DNA from: Rotaria socialis | Taxonomy: Eukaryota | Length of the DNA stretch: 64,000 nt | Direction of reading: 5' to 3' | NCBI GenBank assembly: GCA_905331295.1 | Contig: CAJNYD010000062.1 | Coordinates: 186,001 to 250,000, forward strand | Part shown: in pieces, positions 1 through 13,616 of the stretch | Position numbering within the stretch: the stretch's first letter is position 1 | Layout: every line of letters starts with the position of its first letter | Notes under the pieces: generated by a model | The model's input: the letters and a program-made list of their open reading frames with translations, nothing else | Told to the model about the DNA's origin: nothing | The model's database searches: none | Position numbers and translations under genes: made by a program

Positions 1-3000
1 AAATAGGAACTAACTTTTCAATGATCGGTCTATTATCAATTTGTTGCATTGGAAAACTGAATAATGTTCAATATTGAATAATAATCGAAGAAATGTATTC
101 GATTAAATTTAAATTAAAAATTCTACACTGCAGATTTTCGCAAGTTTAATTCTGTATTGTAAAAAGAAAACTTTTACATGTAAATATTGTATGTGATTTT
201 TCCACACTACTACTACTAATTGCGGCTGATGAACAATAAATTAATAAGGAAATAAATAAAAATACCTGAAACATACGAAAAGAAAAATTTGTTCAATTAA
301 GTTTTCTTTTCTCTTCACATACTGCATATATAATTTGTCAATGTTCTATATTATTTGTGCCAAGTAAAATGTAAAGCAATATATATGAAATTGGTCTGTT
401 TTACATTCATCCACTCGTTCATCCTAGACAATACTATAACGGTTGATTTTTTTAGGTGCACATCCTTGTACGACGTATTGTTCGATACGATAAATATTTA
501 ATCAAAGCATTTCATGTAACCTTTTTTTATCATCTTTTTCGTTTGATGGGCGGTCATTTGTGACATGATTTCAAAATTTTGCTGGTAATAAAAATTCTAT
601 AAGATCAAAGTAAATACAAACTACTTGATTCATATAAAATAACTGCCAAAGTTATTGAAACATTGCTGCTTTAAATTTTTTTCTCTACTGTAATCTAAGC
701 CAAAACGAATCAAAATTATGATTTGTGTAGAGAATCTCATTTCCAATACAAATGTCTATGTGCATTCGTATTAATATTGAAACCACTGGAAACAAATCAA
801 AATTATATTGCATCTAATAAGCAGTATTAATCCACTATATATGTTACATTAAAGAGTTATGTATCTTATCAAAATTATTAAACATAAATTAAACAACAAG
901 TGTTAAATTATTGATTGATGCGAGCATAAACAATTGAAATAACCACATGAATATAGTTAGTTTTTCATTTAAATTACGTAGATGATATTTATTTTATAGA
1001 TAAGTTGACACAAAAGTCTGTTACAAATGCCAGTAATCTTTGAGATGCATCGCATCAATAGAAAAACATTCAGAGTAGATTTTGATTTAAAAACTCTGTT
1101 TTTGTATGAAAAATTGATTCTATTTAATATTAGTTGACATGCCATGACGTACACAACACACGTTTAGTTAGTATAAAGTTATAATTTGACTTTGTGTTCC
1201 ACCTATTTGCACACCGGCTTGCGTACAAATACATATCAAGTTGTCATAGGAAATTTCATGAAATTGATTAATAACTAACTAAATGAAAGTATGCGTGTGA
1301 CCTAGAAAATAATAAACTTCTAAAACTTATTATTCTATTTATTGAATCAATTGAAAAGACAAGTCACATTTTTTGATAGAATATAACAGATCATATCTAA
1401 CGCCTTAATCACATTTTTTTCAAATTATGCAATCATATCGATATTTACATTTTGATTGAATCTTATTAAAATAAATCTATGGTATCAAAGTAAAACATTT
1501 GACTATAATAATAAAATTTTTTATTTATAGGATCGTCAATCTATAGACTACTGTCTAACTGATGTCTTAAATATAGATGTCGAAGAGTAAAGGTTCATGT
1601 TTTCCTTCATCTCGGATTTGAGTCTATTCAATTACGAATATTTTTGGTAAATTTGATACTCTAACAAAGATGGTCGTAAGGAATATCCACAATATACAAA
1701 GAATTTTACTATAATCATGATTAGATCTTTGCATTAAAAAGCAAAAAAGTTATCGCTGAAATTCCGGAAATTGTTTTTTTTAATCTCTTAAACATTTCTT
1801 TTGTATTTCAAAACGAATGACTATTCAAATGTATCGTCATACTGAAGAAGAGCACTAGGAGAGTCTACTTAGAAAATCTGCCTTCGAATCATTCAGGTTT
1901 GACTGGTTGTTAGAACAATACGACTCAATACATTTCAAAGTAGAAAGCTATTTAATGGTACTTTCGTCGAACGAAGTTCTCATTGATATTGGAAACCATT
2001 CACTAGGAAGAAATCAATTAGCTCTTCAATAGTATAGAGATACTTCGAATGGACGAAAAATAAAATATACTTGACTTGGATTTTGTTAGGAAAATAAGCT
2101 GTCTGAAAGAGAAGAAAGATTATTATTCTTTTATTTAAATTCTAGAATATACATGCACGAGTACAGAGAAGTTTAGAATTGAATTGAATTATATCCATCA
2201 ATGTGCTAATTAGTGCATGTCGAAACGAAAGAAATACATTGTAAGACAAAGAAATTAACTATGCACTTTGTGTTTCGATATAGAATATAGTTTATTCAAA
2301 GAACAAAAAGCAAACGAAGAGAATGTTTATAGACTGAATCAACTATTTCTATCTACTGTGGAACTTTTGTTACGTTGGTAAATGTCAGAATAGTTAAACT
2401 AGACAGATTAATAATTCATTGAATTACATAATGCATATGAATTTATCATAAAATATGAGAGAAAACTAAAACCAAATGATTAAAGCACGAGATAGAAAAC
2501 ATTCGTTCAGTTATATCCTGAATTAAAAAAGAAGAGACGATCATTGAGCAATGATCATTGTAGAAGATTTCAATGTCGCGTGTTTCGATTGTTCATTGAC
2601 AATACTATTGTTTTAATAAAAAAAAAGACAACAGATTCGAATGAAACATTGATGCCTCAATCCATTCTACAATGAGAATACTTGTGAGAAATGTAAAATA
2701 CTGAACACTAGTGTTTGTTTTGCTCTTGTTTGAAGGAATTAGAAATTTCAGGATTGTTTTTCCTTATATCTATTGTACAAATTTAGAAAAGTTAAACTGA
2801 TGTTTCGTTTTTTACAAGAATTCTAATGCTTTTAATGAAAAATATTTCTAGTATACTAAACGTGAAAGCACATGTAAAGACTGAGTATGAGAGAAAACGA
2901 CTTACCTATGTGGCGTGTTTAATTATAATATCAGTGATAGGTATTTACAAATTTGAGCACAAATTATAAATAATTGTAGAGAATACTATCCATCCTAAAT

Positions 3001-3854
3001 CGAATTTATTATCAGAACGAATTCAAATTAATCTAGAAGAAGGTAATCTCTGAATATAATTTACTGAGAAAAAAATATCATTGAGTATGATTGACACTAA
3101 AATATAATCTAGGGTAGCTTGAGATTTTGCTGCCAACACAAACCGTTACGATGAATCAGGTAAAGTAAGCAATCGAAAGTATTCTGTTAACTTTTCTAGT
3201 ATACATGGAGAAAAGAGATTATCTTTTGCATAGAAATATTTCATCTTCAGTAGTATCGAACAATCTATCTGTTAACTTTGAATAATTTGCATTGGAGATT
3301 TTGGTCGAAAGAGCTATCAATATCATTTAATTTGTTCTTTGAATCCCATCTATCTGGCAATGCTTACATTATGTTAATGACATTTATTCAAGCGACAACG
3401 GAAAAATTCTTTTATTACTCTTCATTAGCTTTTGTTTTATTGAGCAAAAAATAAAAAACTTCTCAAGTGCTAATAGTTCTCTACCAAAATATGTGAGAAT
3501 GAAAAAGAAAACTTGATTCCAGATTTATATGTTAATTCGATTTGACTAGAATTAAATCAGAACACCACCATCCACTCCTTCCGACACAATAAAGAATGTT
3601 TTTTCATTGATTGTTATCTAATATATAAATACATCATACATATAGAATAACGAATATGCATAATAAAAACTTGAATTTTTTCTTTTTTCAAAGATAAAAA
3701 AATATGCTCAGATAGAATTAAGAAAAATAAGACATATACAAACATGACAAATGCGACTGTTTACAGAATAAAAAATAAAACATATACATATATATATATA
3801 TATTAATATACATGTATGATAAAGAAAACGAAAAAGAAAACGAGTCCGTTCGAA

Positions 3855-6800
3855 TTAAGACGATGATGCAGATCTACATGGCGAGAAAAGTATTTTGGCA
3901 AATGCTTTCCGAAATTCCATATTGAAAATTGTATAGATAATTGGATTCAAAAATGAATTAATATATCCTAACCATACACATAAAGATAGAATAAAATCAT
4001 TAACAAGAAATGAACTGGACTTTTTTGATAATTTAACAAAAGTATTAACTATATTATTGAGCACAAAGAATGGTAACCAACAAACAAGAAAGCAAACTAA
4101 AAGAAAAAAAATATCTATATCATTTTCTGACATGTCGTAGAATTGTTATAGAAATTTAGTAATGATTTTTCTAATTGTTTTTCAAATACCACGTGAAATA
4201 TCATTTGAATATCATTTCAAGTTGAACTTAATAATCAGCAATTTCAATATGTAGTTTGTAATCAGTTTTTACGATCTATTCGAATAATAAATGTATTTAA
4301 ATAAAATCGTATTGATACTTTAAAATTTTAAGGTCGAGCTTTCATGTATAAATTTTTCTAGATAACAAATGCGCCTCTAGATTATACGAAGATGATAAGA
4401 ATTCTTGATGAATACTAAAAATCGTAGCTTACAGAATAGAGAAATTCTACATGTCACTTGTGTCAGAAAAGATCTTATTATCGATCTGGTGAAGTCTTGT
4501 TATCATTTTTCAAATTTGTATCTATGTACATTAATGTTTCTTGATTTAATTTGTAGAAACGAAATTATAATTTAGATCTTATCTACTTACTTAGAACAAT
4601 AATTAGTGTTTGTGTAGCTTTGCGTTCTTTTTTCATACGTGAATAAGCTTTACGTTTAGCAACTCGAGCATTATTTGTTGATGCTATAACTGTTTCTGGT
4701 ATTGCTGAATCATCGGAATTCATTTTCGTTTTTAAACGTGTTTTAACACGTTTAGTTGAATAGGGGCAATGATCATGATAATCTGTTTGTGAACTACGAT
4801 TATTTTTTTTAAAATGAACAATATTTGTTGCATTGTTATTATTTGATGTGAGATTTTCAATGCGATTCTCAGATTCATTTTTATTATTCTCATAGGTTTT
4901 TTCATGTTGAACAAATAAGGCAACATCATCACGTTCTTCATCTTCTATTTGTTCATTGGTTAATGATGTTGCATTTATTAAAGAGCATAATCCCGGCGAT
5001 AAAACAGGTGTAGATAATTTCAGCATTAAACTATTACGTTGAGTTTCCAATGCGTTATAAGTTTTTATCGGTACTGTTTCATTTAAATCAAGAGGTGATG
5101 ATATTGATACCTGATTGATAATCGATGGTCTCTCTTGATAATAGGATGTTATAAGATGATCAGCATTTGTACGATGCTGTGCTGCAGCAGATTCAATAAT
5201 AGCCTTTGGTCTCAGTTGTTTACGATTTTTTCTTGCTTGTCTCATAAGAACAAGAAATATACGATAGTAAATGGCAAATATAATAATACATGGAATGAAG
5301 AACGAACCCAATGATGAAAAAATTAGAAATTTATTATTGAAAAATGCACATTGTTCACGAACACGCGGATAATCAGTAACATCAGACTTATTCGCACCGC
5401 TAAAAGAAAACAACAAAATTTTCCTATCGAAAGAAAATTCTTTCTTCTTATTCTTTCTATTTACCTGACAATAGGAAGAGCAATAAAAAATGAAGTTAAC
5501 CATACAATAACTATCATTACAGCCACACGTCTAGGATTTTTATGTCGAGCATATTTCAATGGTTTTGTTACTGCTATGTAGCTAAAATTACATTTTCAAA
5601 GTTATAAAATTTAATGAGACAGCTTTTATCATTTATGGAAATTCTTTAAGAGCACTATCAGTTATTAGAAACAAAGAAATGATTGTGTGTAGACTGAAGT
5701 AGAGACATTTGACAGGCATCCTAAGTCCTCCATCATGATAAGAGATTTCTTTCTTTTCTTTTTATTAATTATATCTTACCGATCAATGGCGATGGCAACC
5801 TAAATATCATAAAAGAAAATTCAATTTAGAAAAGAAATTATTTTTCTTTTATATTTTACCAGGTTTAATATTGATGCAGTACACGCCATACAATCAGAAG
5901 CAACCCAAAAGTCGCATAGACGGTCAGATAGTTCCCAAATACGATTGAACTAACAAAAAAAAGACATGACATAATCTTTTATGATAAATTTGATCGACGT
6001 GAACCGTTTTATTTTTTTGTTTAACTGTCAAGCTAATTGGAAGATTAAGAAAAGAAATGAAAATTACTTTTCAACTAGTATGATTAAATAAATAATTATG
6101 AAGAAGCGAGAGAAATAAATATCGACTTCTACAAAAATTTTAAGAAAACGTTCAAGACTAACAAAAATGTATTTTACGTAATAGGATATCGTTACACATT
6201 CTCTTTTCCGAACAACTATAGATTCATGCTTATATTGAAATAGACAAACATAACTTGATCTACTGTGCTGAAATTGCGACTAAAAATTCTATATAGAAAA
6301 ATATCACGCTTGTATGCAGGATTTCCGTCTACGATTGAAATCACCATATGTTCTTTCGATTTAGAAAATATGTCGTACATGTTTATAGTTTACAAGAATA
6401 GTCTCAACACAAATGATTTGATCTTATGAGTCATGTCGAATACATGATTTCATTTTAAGATTTTCCTGTTTCATTCATTTTTATCTATGAATTTTGATAC
6501 GTGCTCATGATACTTATTTCCGCACTGTAGTTAACAAATGTCTATATCCATATATATATATATATTTCAATAATAGATAGTTAATAGTTCAGTTATATAA
6601 TTTCTACTCACTTCAAGATAAATAGCAAATGGCATGACAACAGCCGCTACAGTTATATCCGATATAGCCAATGATACAACGAAATAATTTGTTACAGTAT
6701 GTAATGATTTTTCTCGATAAACACTAACAACAACGAGTGCATTACCAACAATAGTAAATAAAGGAAAAATTATTAATGTCAATGCCCAATAATTAGCTGA

Positions 6801-6989
6801 GCTCGTTTCATCGGCCAGTATTGGAGCATTTACTAAAGATGAGATAGGTAAAATTAAATTATTTATATCACTTCCTGTTGTACGATTATGTGGTATTGAT
6901 TCATAAGTATTTGAATTATAGAGTAAAGATGAGGGAGGTGGAGCGGCAATTAAATGCCAAAAACCAGTGTCGTTGGATAGTTGTTGCAT
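3855..6989 (-). CDS. Dopamine D2-like receptor (class A aminergic GPCR), 6 coding exons
   Basis: Exons 6989-6612, 5949-5860, 5799-5780 (20-nt microexon), 5581-5465, 5399-4591 and 4096-3855 are all GT-AG and join in frame. Motifs: TM1 GNALV, TM2 SLAISD, TM3 [24 protein letters not shown]5 [10 protein letters not shown], a long ICL3 ending [11 protein letters not shown]6 CWLPFF and TM7 NPIIY. The tail is short, as in Gi-coupled D2-type receptors. Confidence 0.9.
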
Positions 6990-7370
6990 GTTGAAAAATG
7001 TATAATAAATAAAAATACAAGTAGAAATAAACAATAAGTAATAGACGTGATGATGGTGGTGCTGATGATAATTGTAATGCTTCTCGTCAATGAGGATAAT
7101 AATAAAAATGATGTAAAATATTTCACGTCGATGTTGAGGCTTGATTTCAAATAGAATATATAAAATATTTGTGGGCGTTGTTGAAAAATAAATCGATAGC
7201 ACGGTGTCAATGATGTTCGTGTTACTCGAAGTTTCAAATGGTCTGTCGAAAGCGTCATCTCCTGACTGATTCTCTCGCCATGACGTAGCATGTTTCATTT
7301 TGGGACGATCATCCGTGAGGAGCAAACGCCGTTGTTTCGACGTAGAAATAGAGAAAAACGTAGAATATGC

Positions 7371-7430
7371 TGTTGAGAAAGAGAGAGAGAGAGAGGGGGA
7401 GGGAGGGAGAGAAAGAAAGAAAATAAGAGA
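7371..7430. repeat. (GA)n / purine-rich microsatellite upstream of the GPCR start
   Basis: gagaaagagagagagagagaggggga gggagggagagaaagaaag seen directly. Confidence 0.7.
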
Positions 7431-10400
7431 AAACGATGATGCTACCGAAAAGAGATCGTCTAATTCCACAGTTATTATTAACGTTCCGGTTGGTTATTAT
7501 TACTGCTGCTTTTGTTTCAACAATGGTATTGTCATTGTCCTTCTTCGATATGTAAGATTTTAACAAGTAATCTAATCGGCATTGTTACTGATCTAATCAG
7601 AAAATATAAAACAAAAGAAAAATATCTCATTAGTTAAAGTATTAGATAAAAATCTATTTCTTTAAAAGAAACTCTTTTACTTAGTTTTTCTTCTTTTTTT
7701 TTATTGTTTGCATGAGAACAAACATTAGACTTTTGTTTTTTTAATATTGATGTTTGTGTATGCTTAGTGAAAATAAATGAAGTTAGTATTGTCTACAGTA
7801 GATTTTATCATTTAGCAATAGCGTAAAAGAGAAGAAAATGATCAACAACACCATCATATTTTATTTTTATATATTGACTGAATGATTTGCATTGATTATT
7901 TACGATTGATATGTAATTGATATTGAAATTTAGTCTGTATACATGAACGATATTTTTTCTTCTTCCTTTTCGTCTTCTTTTTTTCTATATTAACTATTTA
8001 TACTACTATCGTAGAATAACAAGAAACCCAAAGGAATTGATGTTACATATACAATGAAAAACACAATTATGATAGATAGCTAAATTATCGATCAGAACAT
8101 TGATCGGTATAGATCTTTCTCTTGGTATCATTAAACGATGGATACTGATATTTTTAGATACATCAACAGTTTTTGTATGAGAAACTATGATTAACGTCTT
8201 CTATTGATTTATGATCAATAAAGCGAGAAAATAAAGGTAATTATGCCGAACCGAAACTTGACAGACATAATGACAGGCGGCCAGTAGTCTTATCTTATGA
8301 AATAACATTTTCTGTTTTACTCGTTTAACATGGGAAACAACGTTGGAATAGACGTAAATGATGACATTTGTCCTCTCCTTGTGATTTACTAATAGAAGTA
8401 TATTCTAACGATATGGAAATATTTGTCCAACAATTTACTTTCTCTACAATGAAAGAGAAACTTATTAATTGTAGAAAATCAATGTCATTCGTACATGTCA
8501 ATTATCTTCTGATTTTAATACGCTATTAGTGTTCTCGGATGAAATATATTCGTTTTTAGAAGTCTTTAAAGATATAAAAACAAGATAAAATACTCAAACA
8601 ACGTTCGTCTAAAGAAACAAATAGGTTTCTGTCAACAAAACATTGATAACTAGTTTTTTTTCTCTTCTTCTTATCTATACGAATGGCAATGACAACAAAT
8701 ATAGATGTAATTATCTACATTTATTTAAATTACCATCAATCCAGCTACACTATATGAAAAGACAACAATTTGAAAAAACTATATATATAGTGATATCGGT
8801 GAACTTCTCATGAGAAACTATCTTTTGTATCTTGTTTGAAGGTGAAAAAAGAAGTACTTATCGGATCTACTTACTATCATCAATTCATAGGCAGATGATG
8901 GTACTTGGCAATCAAGCATATTGTTTCTATTATCAATATGATAATCATTCTACGGGAAAGAAAATTGGATTGATCTAAGATTTATTCGCCTTGTATAGAA
9001 GATATTTTACCTACGTATGATTAGCACATTAGAACAATAAACAAAAATGACCCAATGAAATATAATGCTTGAATACTATACTATAGCAGTTAACATAAGT
9101 CAAGTGGCATTCAAATAGTCATTTATGAAAATGTTTAGAATAGTAAATACAAGAATAATACTATTACTTACCTCCGAACATATTTCTTTTTCTTTTCTCT
9201 ATTGAAAAACTAACAGAAGTTTTTTTTTCTTTCGTTAGCTCGTTGATTTAGTTACTTACTTTATTGCACAAAAGTGCGTGCATCTTTACAAGAAAAAAGG
9301 GTACCAGTTAGACCGTACCAACACGCAATAACAATATTCATATAATGGAAGCACTACCAATTGCGGATAGATAGCTATGTTCTTTAATGTTAGCTCTTAT
9401 CATTTTACCATCTAGGCTAACAACTAAGCAAATACTTGTAAACAAAAAACAAAATGCGTCGTATTTTTTAATAAATGTTCTATTCATAAGTACTTGTGAC
9501 AACAACTAGTGACATGTAACGGAAAATACTTCGAATTAAGTTTAATAGTATAAGACAGTCACGTAACGAATTGCATGAATTTTTTTCTTCTAACTAAATT
9601 AAGATGTTAATCTGACATATCTAACCTTTGTTGTGAAATCCGAAAAAAAAGAAGAGTAATTAGAAAACTATTTTGTATGCTTCAATGCTTTTTTAATAAA
9701 ATATTAACATTTCCCAAACGATAAAGAGATGAAGAATTTTTATGTCAATAGTTGTTGGAAAGGCGAAAATGAGATTATAATACGATTTGGGTAAATACAC
9801 CAAGCTAGTAAACATTCTGACAGACGTTTTTCCGAATAAAAGCGCAAGTGATGAAGAAAAAGAGAGAAAGACATGACATAAAGAGATGTCCACAATTCTC
9901 GATCGTTTGTATATTATCGATCTCTTGTGATACCCATATTATGAATAAGAGAGTATATTTCAAATATTACAGAAAGAGACTACATGTCTAGAGAAAATAA
10001 AACTTGGTGGAACGAATATGATAAACATTTTTCTTATGACTCTGCCAATCATTTTCTGTGTTGATTTGTTTCTAGATATTATGAGTAGGGAATTTGAGAA
10101 AACATCTTTTTTCTTTTTTACATTTGTTATTAACTCAACTATAGCTAAATAGAAGATTAACTTCTGAATATGAGAATTTATCGTATAAAAACAGTAACTT
10201 TCACTTTCGGATTTACGTTCCTCATGAAAAAGTTTGTTCACATACATATAAATAACAGATAAATTATAAAATTATCGAGTGATTCTTAGAGATAGTAAAA
10301 ATAAAATATTCTTTCGATGTCACATTCAAAGGAAAGCGAGAAAAATATGACAATATTATTGTTAAAAATCAATACTTTTGCTATTTATTTCATACAGTAC

Positions 10401-11383
10401 ATCAATAATATACATTACATAAAAACAGGTTAGTTTCAAGTTGAAGATAACATTAAAATCATTTGATACACTTTTTCGCTTTCATTCTTTCTATGTCTGT
10501 TACTTTTATCTTTTTTACAATTACAATTAACGATGATAGATCTAATTGTTGCTAAAAAAAATATAATCTTTTAGATAAAAATAGCTAGCCCATAAGTGCA
10601 CTTCAAATGAAAACTAATTCATCGACAATGAATAATGAAGATACAACTTGTTGCCGTCCATCATGACATTTTTTGATAATGTCAAAGTACTTTGTCGTCA
10701 TGGCTTTTTCTTTCCTACTCATTTTATTTCTGTTTATCATTTTGCTTACTGTTACACTCAAATTTGGTTCTCTGTCTCTTCCTTTCTCTCTCTTCTTATT
10801 TCTCTGTAGCATGTTCTCATATTTTTTTCGATCAGTACTATCAATAAATTTTGATACCACAGGGACATCATTGTCAAATCAAATCTTAAATGATGACAAA
10901 GTTAGAAAAAGTCTGTTGAAAATATTCAATGTCTTATTTGTACTAATTTTTCATATTAAAGATTGTTTGCCTAGACATGATCAAATAATTCATAATAAGA
11001 TAATAACTAAACGAACGAAAAACTTGCTTTGTTTTTGTTCCAAAGAATGGAAGAAACAAAAAGAAGTAAATTTCAATAAAAATAACTCTGTCACATATAT
11101 TTTCTCGTCGTTCTTATTATGTCCCTGACATTTCCATGTGATTGAGTCATGACAGTTTGTTTCTTTATATAAAGAAATTGTCTGCCGCTTATTTTATTAT
11201 TTTTTGAAATGTTGAATAATTAACTAGACATTTACGTTTTCTGACTCGCTTACTTTTAAAAACAAAACGCATCATAACATAAATCAAAATTACAATTGAT
11301 TTTCCTTTTTTTGCGATAGCTAGCCACAATCGGTGGCAGTTACAAAAAAACAAAAATAACACAATCAATTGAACGGAACGTGC

Positions 11384-12012
11384 GGATTACTCTCGGTTCG
11401 TCCCCAATTCGTCCCCTCCGCACTCATTGACTCTCAATTCGTCCCCCAAAAAATTCGTTCTTAGTTGATTGAATCTCAATTCGTCCCCCACAAAATTCGT
11501 ACTAATTGGTGACTAATTTGATAAACAGATGATTTTCAACAATCAGTTGTTTTATTCAAGAGTTATAAAAGAAACAAGAAAAAAAAGTCATTTAACAAGT
11601 TTTGTCTTCAACACGCGTCTGCGTTTAATCGCGAACTGCATATCAGTGATCAATCCACCCTTGTGGTCATTGAGAAGGAGCTCAAGATTCTCGTTAATAG
11701 CATCGTTCACCTTCTTTCGTTTGCTCAATTGAGCTCCCAGCTCTTCGGACTTGTGATGCTGATATTCGTGCTCTTCACGCAATAATTCGATAAAGTTGAA
11801 GATGTGAATAGGAGCATTTCTCAGAGCATAGAGAATGTCAGTAGTGAAACTAATACATTACTAAGAAAGCACATCATATATATAAATGCAAAGTGCTCTA
11901 CGCAACAATCAATTTTCTTATGTTTGCTTCTAATTGTTTCTGGACAGGGATGGACGAATTGGGGGGACGAATTGAGAGTCAATTGGTAATGGGGACCAAC
12001 CGAGAGGATCCC
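11384..12012 (-). mobile_element. Non-autonomous Mutator-like (MULE) DNA transposon derivative
   Basis: Flanked by direct repeat GAACGTGC (11376-11383 and 12013-12020; 9 bp with 1 mismatch). Imperfect TIRs ggattactctcggttcgtcccc / ggggaccaaccgagaggatcc carry repeated AATTCGTCCC subterminal motifs. An internal minus-strand fragment HIFNFIELLREEHEYQHHK...KTKLVK resembles a MULE transposase C-terminus. Confidence 0.75.
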
Positions 12013-13616
12013 GAACGTGCAAACATTCACATACCACTACGAATGAAAGAAAATTTTCATTACAATAGAAAGCGGAGTCGATTAAGAACAAAAATGAAAA
12101 GAGAGATCTTCATCTTGCCTCTGCGCAAATACATTCCCTAGATAACTCAAAGTCATTTGTCTTCCCTAAGATCAGAGAACGAAAGAAAAACGTATAGGAG
12201 AGTATCGGGCTGACATCAAATCATCATATCCTAGCTTTCCTTTTGTTCGTTCAAACACTTGTTTTGCTTTCAATGTGCTCAAAGTCATTGACAAGAATAA
12301 ATCGCATCGATCATCTTTGACTTTATTCATTTCCTTTTCCACTTTTTCATTCGTACCCATTTCCCTCTCTGTCTGTTTCGGGAAACAATTAACCTTTTCA
12401 CGAAGTTTTTATTTACGAATCTTCGATCGAGATTATTTATACAAACCTCCGAAATGAATTTCATTTACTTATTAAAACATGATTACTGATTTTGTTTTTA
12501 AACAATGCACGAATAATTGAAATATTTCTTTGTGAATTGTTTTAGATATACACTTTTTTTTTGCTGATACTAATTAGATTCATCGTTTCAAAACGTGATC
12601 ATGTATTCAAAAAGCATTGCTGTTGATTTAAGTCTTAGTTAATGATAGTGTATTGTAGATGAAAATTAAGAAATATATTATTTCTCAAGAACAATAAACG
12701 TCTTATCTAGTATAAGATGACTTAGGTGAAAGAAAAAAAAGAATAGAGCAAGTAAAAACTGTTTTTAAGCTCTTGATCTAGGACATATATCACTATTGTT
12801 CTCGAGAAATTAATCGGCGATAATGAGAAAAAATAACGAGGTAATTGAGTAAATTCATATTCTTCATGTAACTAAATAATAATCTATTTCAATATGATCT
12901 GCTGTTATAGAGAAGTAAAACAAGACACACAATTGACATACAATACGATGATCAATGGTATGAGGAAGAAAAAGAGAGTTTTTGAATTTAACTATATATA
13001 ATTTGTTTTTGTACTAAAACAATTAGGATTGAATTCATGTTGTGTCAAAAATTAATTACGTTGTTTTTCTATTATTTCTTAGTGCATCTTTCATGCTCTT
13101 TTTCTTGATATACTAATTCCCCTTGGGAACTTTTTGATACTACATTCATATAATATATTATTTACCTTAATCAAATATATGAGCATTGTTCAATTACTTT
13201 TTTATATTTACAATTTATACCAAAACAAAACAAACAACATTGTCATGATCTAATATGACATATTGACTTTTGCTTTGTTCAATGTAATTTAATTTTCAAT
13301 GATACGATGAACAAGACTATTATTAGAGAGTCAATCGAATAAAAACATCAAATTTTTAATCAACTACTTCTTTCCATAAAACGAATGAATACTTTTAGGA
13401 GGCAAGCACTAGATAAAAAGAATAATTGATAGTTGTTTCTATCTTTTGTACTATGTTTTATGATTAAACCAAAACAAAAAATGGACCAGAAACTAAGTTT
13501 TTAGATATTTCGCGTCATGTGTCCAAGTAAAGCATTCCAGTCGGATAAATATTTCCGGGAAAAAGTATTTCCTATCGTAGTTTGTCTAAATACTGCGAGT
13601 TATGTTTATTATTCTA

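Noticed and set aside
10603..11128. Overlapping ORFs 10673-11128 (+, hydrophobic) and 10603-10860 (-, Lys-rich)
   Set aside because: Products reflect T/C-rich low-complexity sequence. No domain and no convincing splice structure.
11401..11500. Short repeated AATTCGTCCCC units resembling a CRISPR-like array
   Set aside because: Units are ~11-18 bp, irregularly spaced and mirrored at the other end of the element. They are transposon subterminal repeats, the context is eukaryotic and there are no cas genes.
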